A DNA stretch of 17,111 nucleotides from Octopus sinensis. Lineage: Eukaryota. The stretch is taken from positions 1 to 17,111 of the forward strand of contig NW_021825694.1 in NCBI RefSeq assembly GCF_006345805.1. The letters run 5' to 3'. Made by a program: the position numbers and the translations under genes. Position 1 is the stretch's first letter, and the number at the start of each line of letters is the position of its first letter. The notes under the pieces were generated by a model that worked only from the letters and a program-made list of their open reading frames with translations, had not been told where the DNA came from and made no database searches. Positions 15,810 to 17,111 of this stretch are shown here, in pieces.

Positions 15810-16610
15810 GTCAGTGTGCCGACGATACGCTGGTTAGATTATGACATCGTCCAGAACAAGGAAAAAACGAAACCACGTTGATCCAATGAGGGACATTTGT
15901 TCTCAGTCGTCTGGAATACTGCTTCTAATAATGCTCGTCACAAATCGACGAATAGTGGAGCTCGAATTCGATGCCACTCCTCCAAGATGATCGCCTCGGT
16001 GCAACAAAGGAGTTACTGGTAGAGTCTTAACGGACTAAAAGTTCTACTCCATTGAGAAACGACACCAAAGATATGCAGTGAATACTGCTTTTAAATATCT
16101 TGCCCAAAGTAATATATATTTCTTTATTGCCCACAAGGGGCTAAACATAGAGGGGACAAACAAGGACAGACAAACGGATTACATCGACCCCAGTGCGAAA
16201 CTGGTACTTTATTTAATCGACCCCGAAGGGATGAAAAGCAAAGTCGACCTCGGCGGAATTTGAACTCAGAACGTAACGGCAGACGAAATACCGCAAAGCA
16301 TTTCGCCCGGCGTGCTAACGTTTCTGCCAGCTCGCCGCCTTTCTTGCCCAAAGTAATAGCTTCAGAGATCTAAGTGGAAGTGTTTGAAGAGCATTTAAGC
16401 AAATTTATATCTGAGATACCAGAGGAACTCACGTCACAGCAAGAAATGAAAAAAAAGGGCAGCTTTGCCCAGCACATTGCTCCATCATAACCGAATCCGG
16501 GGAGTGAGCCAAGGGAGCCTGAAATAAACTGGAAATCACATTAAGGGTGGTGTCCTACCGAAGCTATAGTCCCTGGTTGAAACCACTAAAACTAACAGTA
16601 AAAAAAAAAG
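15810..16610 (+). pseudogene. Old CR1-group LINE 3' fragment (RT C-terminus and tail), internally deleted and interrupted by a SINE
   Basis: Pieced translation CRRYAG*IMTSSRTR...TFVLSRLEYC...SYW*SLNGLK...FYSIEKRHQRYAV...LNILPK...VEVFEEHLSKFISEIPEE, which fits the recalled LSRLEYC / YWERLK.L.LYSLERRRERY / FN.LP signatures. Confidence 0.7.
16115..16341 (-). mobile_element. SINE F1, young, full length, tail A, with perfect 17-bp TSD
   Basis: TCTTGCCCAAAGTAATA at 16098-16114 and 16342-16358. Confidence 0.94.
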
Positions 16611-16758
16611 TAAAATATAACATCTTACACAAGGCTAAATGTCTAGAGATTTCTCAGAAACAGAGACTGACTGCGGTATTGGGATGTCATTGAGGACTGC
16701 GAAACCTTCGAATTCACAAACAATATATTCACAGACTTACGCAGAGACAATATAGCCA

Positions 16759-16801
<43 letters not shown>

Positions 16802-16824
16802 TGTTGTTGCTCTTGTTGTAGTAG
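16759..16824. repeat. (TAG)n grading into (TTG)n
   Basis: About 14 TAG units then ttgttgttg. Confidence 0.95.
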
Positions 16825-16957
16825 GTTTCTCTCTATTAACTACATCCACTCACACGCCACTCACATATGAATATATAAGGGAAAAAATATGTACATGCGT
16901 ATATTAATGTCTGCCTACGACACGACACGACACAGCCGTATATATAAATATAACTGG

Positions 16958-16986
16958 TGTGTGTGTGTGTGTGTGTCTGTGTGTGT
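16958..16986. repeat. (TG)n microsatellite
   Basis: gtgtgtgtgtgtgtgtgtgtctgtgtgtg. Confidence 0.9.
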
Positions 16987-17111
16987 GCCAGTATGTATAG
17001 GTGGATATAAATATGTTTATGCATTTTAGATATGTCAGCATATCTTCTCAGACACGCAAATTATGCATAAATATATACTTGTGTGAGTGCATATGTGTCT
17101 GCATATATATA

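Noticed and set aside
16735-16849. Minus-strand donor GTAAGT within ORF 16643..16849
   Set aside because: The upstream sequence is a (TAC)n repeat with no acceptor or coding signal.

Overview
Eukaryotic, gene-poor, extremely repeat-dense DNA (intron or intergenic). It is most consistent with an octopus or other coleoid cephalopod genome, an inference from recalled SINE families and the microsatellite load. I can support no host protein-coding exon, RNA gene or CRISPR array, and most ORF-track entries are translations of simple repeats. Two transposon-dense zones (about 1.2-7.35 kb and 13.2-16.6 kb) flank a 5.6-kb zone of simple repeats with no recognisable SINE, whose GGT/GAT tracts are all G-rich on the + strand. 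The mobile content is: (i) more than 15 copies or fragments of a tRNA-like SINE (here F1) with interchangeable 3' tails, several with 14-18 bp target-site duplications (TSDs); (ii) four copies of a second tRNA-headed SINE (F2) with a CORE-like segment; (iii) five decayed LINE fragments, namely two restriction-like-endonuclease (R4/Dong-like) 3' ends, one Tx1/L1-like RT piece and two CR1-group 3' ends; (iv) an apparently complete 398-bp non-autonomous Helitron. Several cryptic minisatellites (17, about 14, 42, about 60/123, 86 and 32 bp) are hidden in low-complexity DNA. I found no clear new gene system. The best leads are a shared hairpin module at which four different SINE tails are swapped, a candidate LINE partner for F2, and microsatellite-flanked R4/Dong-like remnants, one of them absent from the ORF track. 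Family assignments come from motif recall and hand alignment, not database searches.
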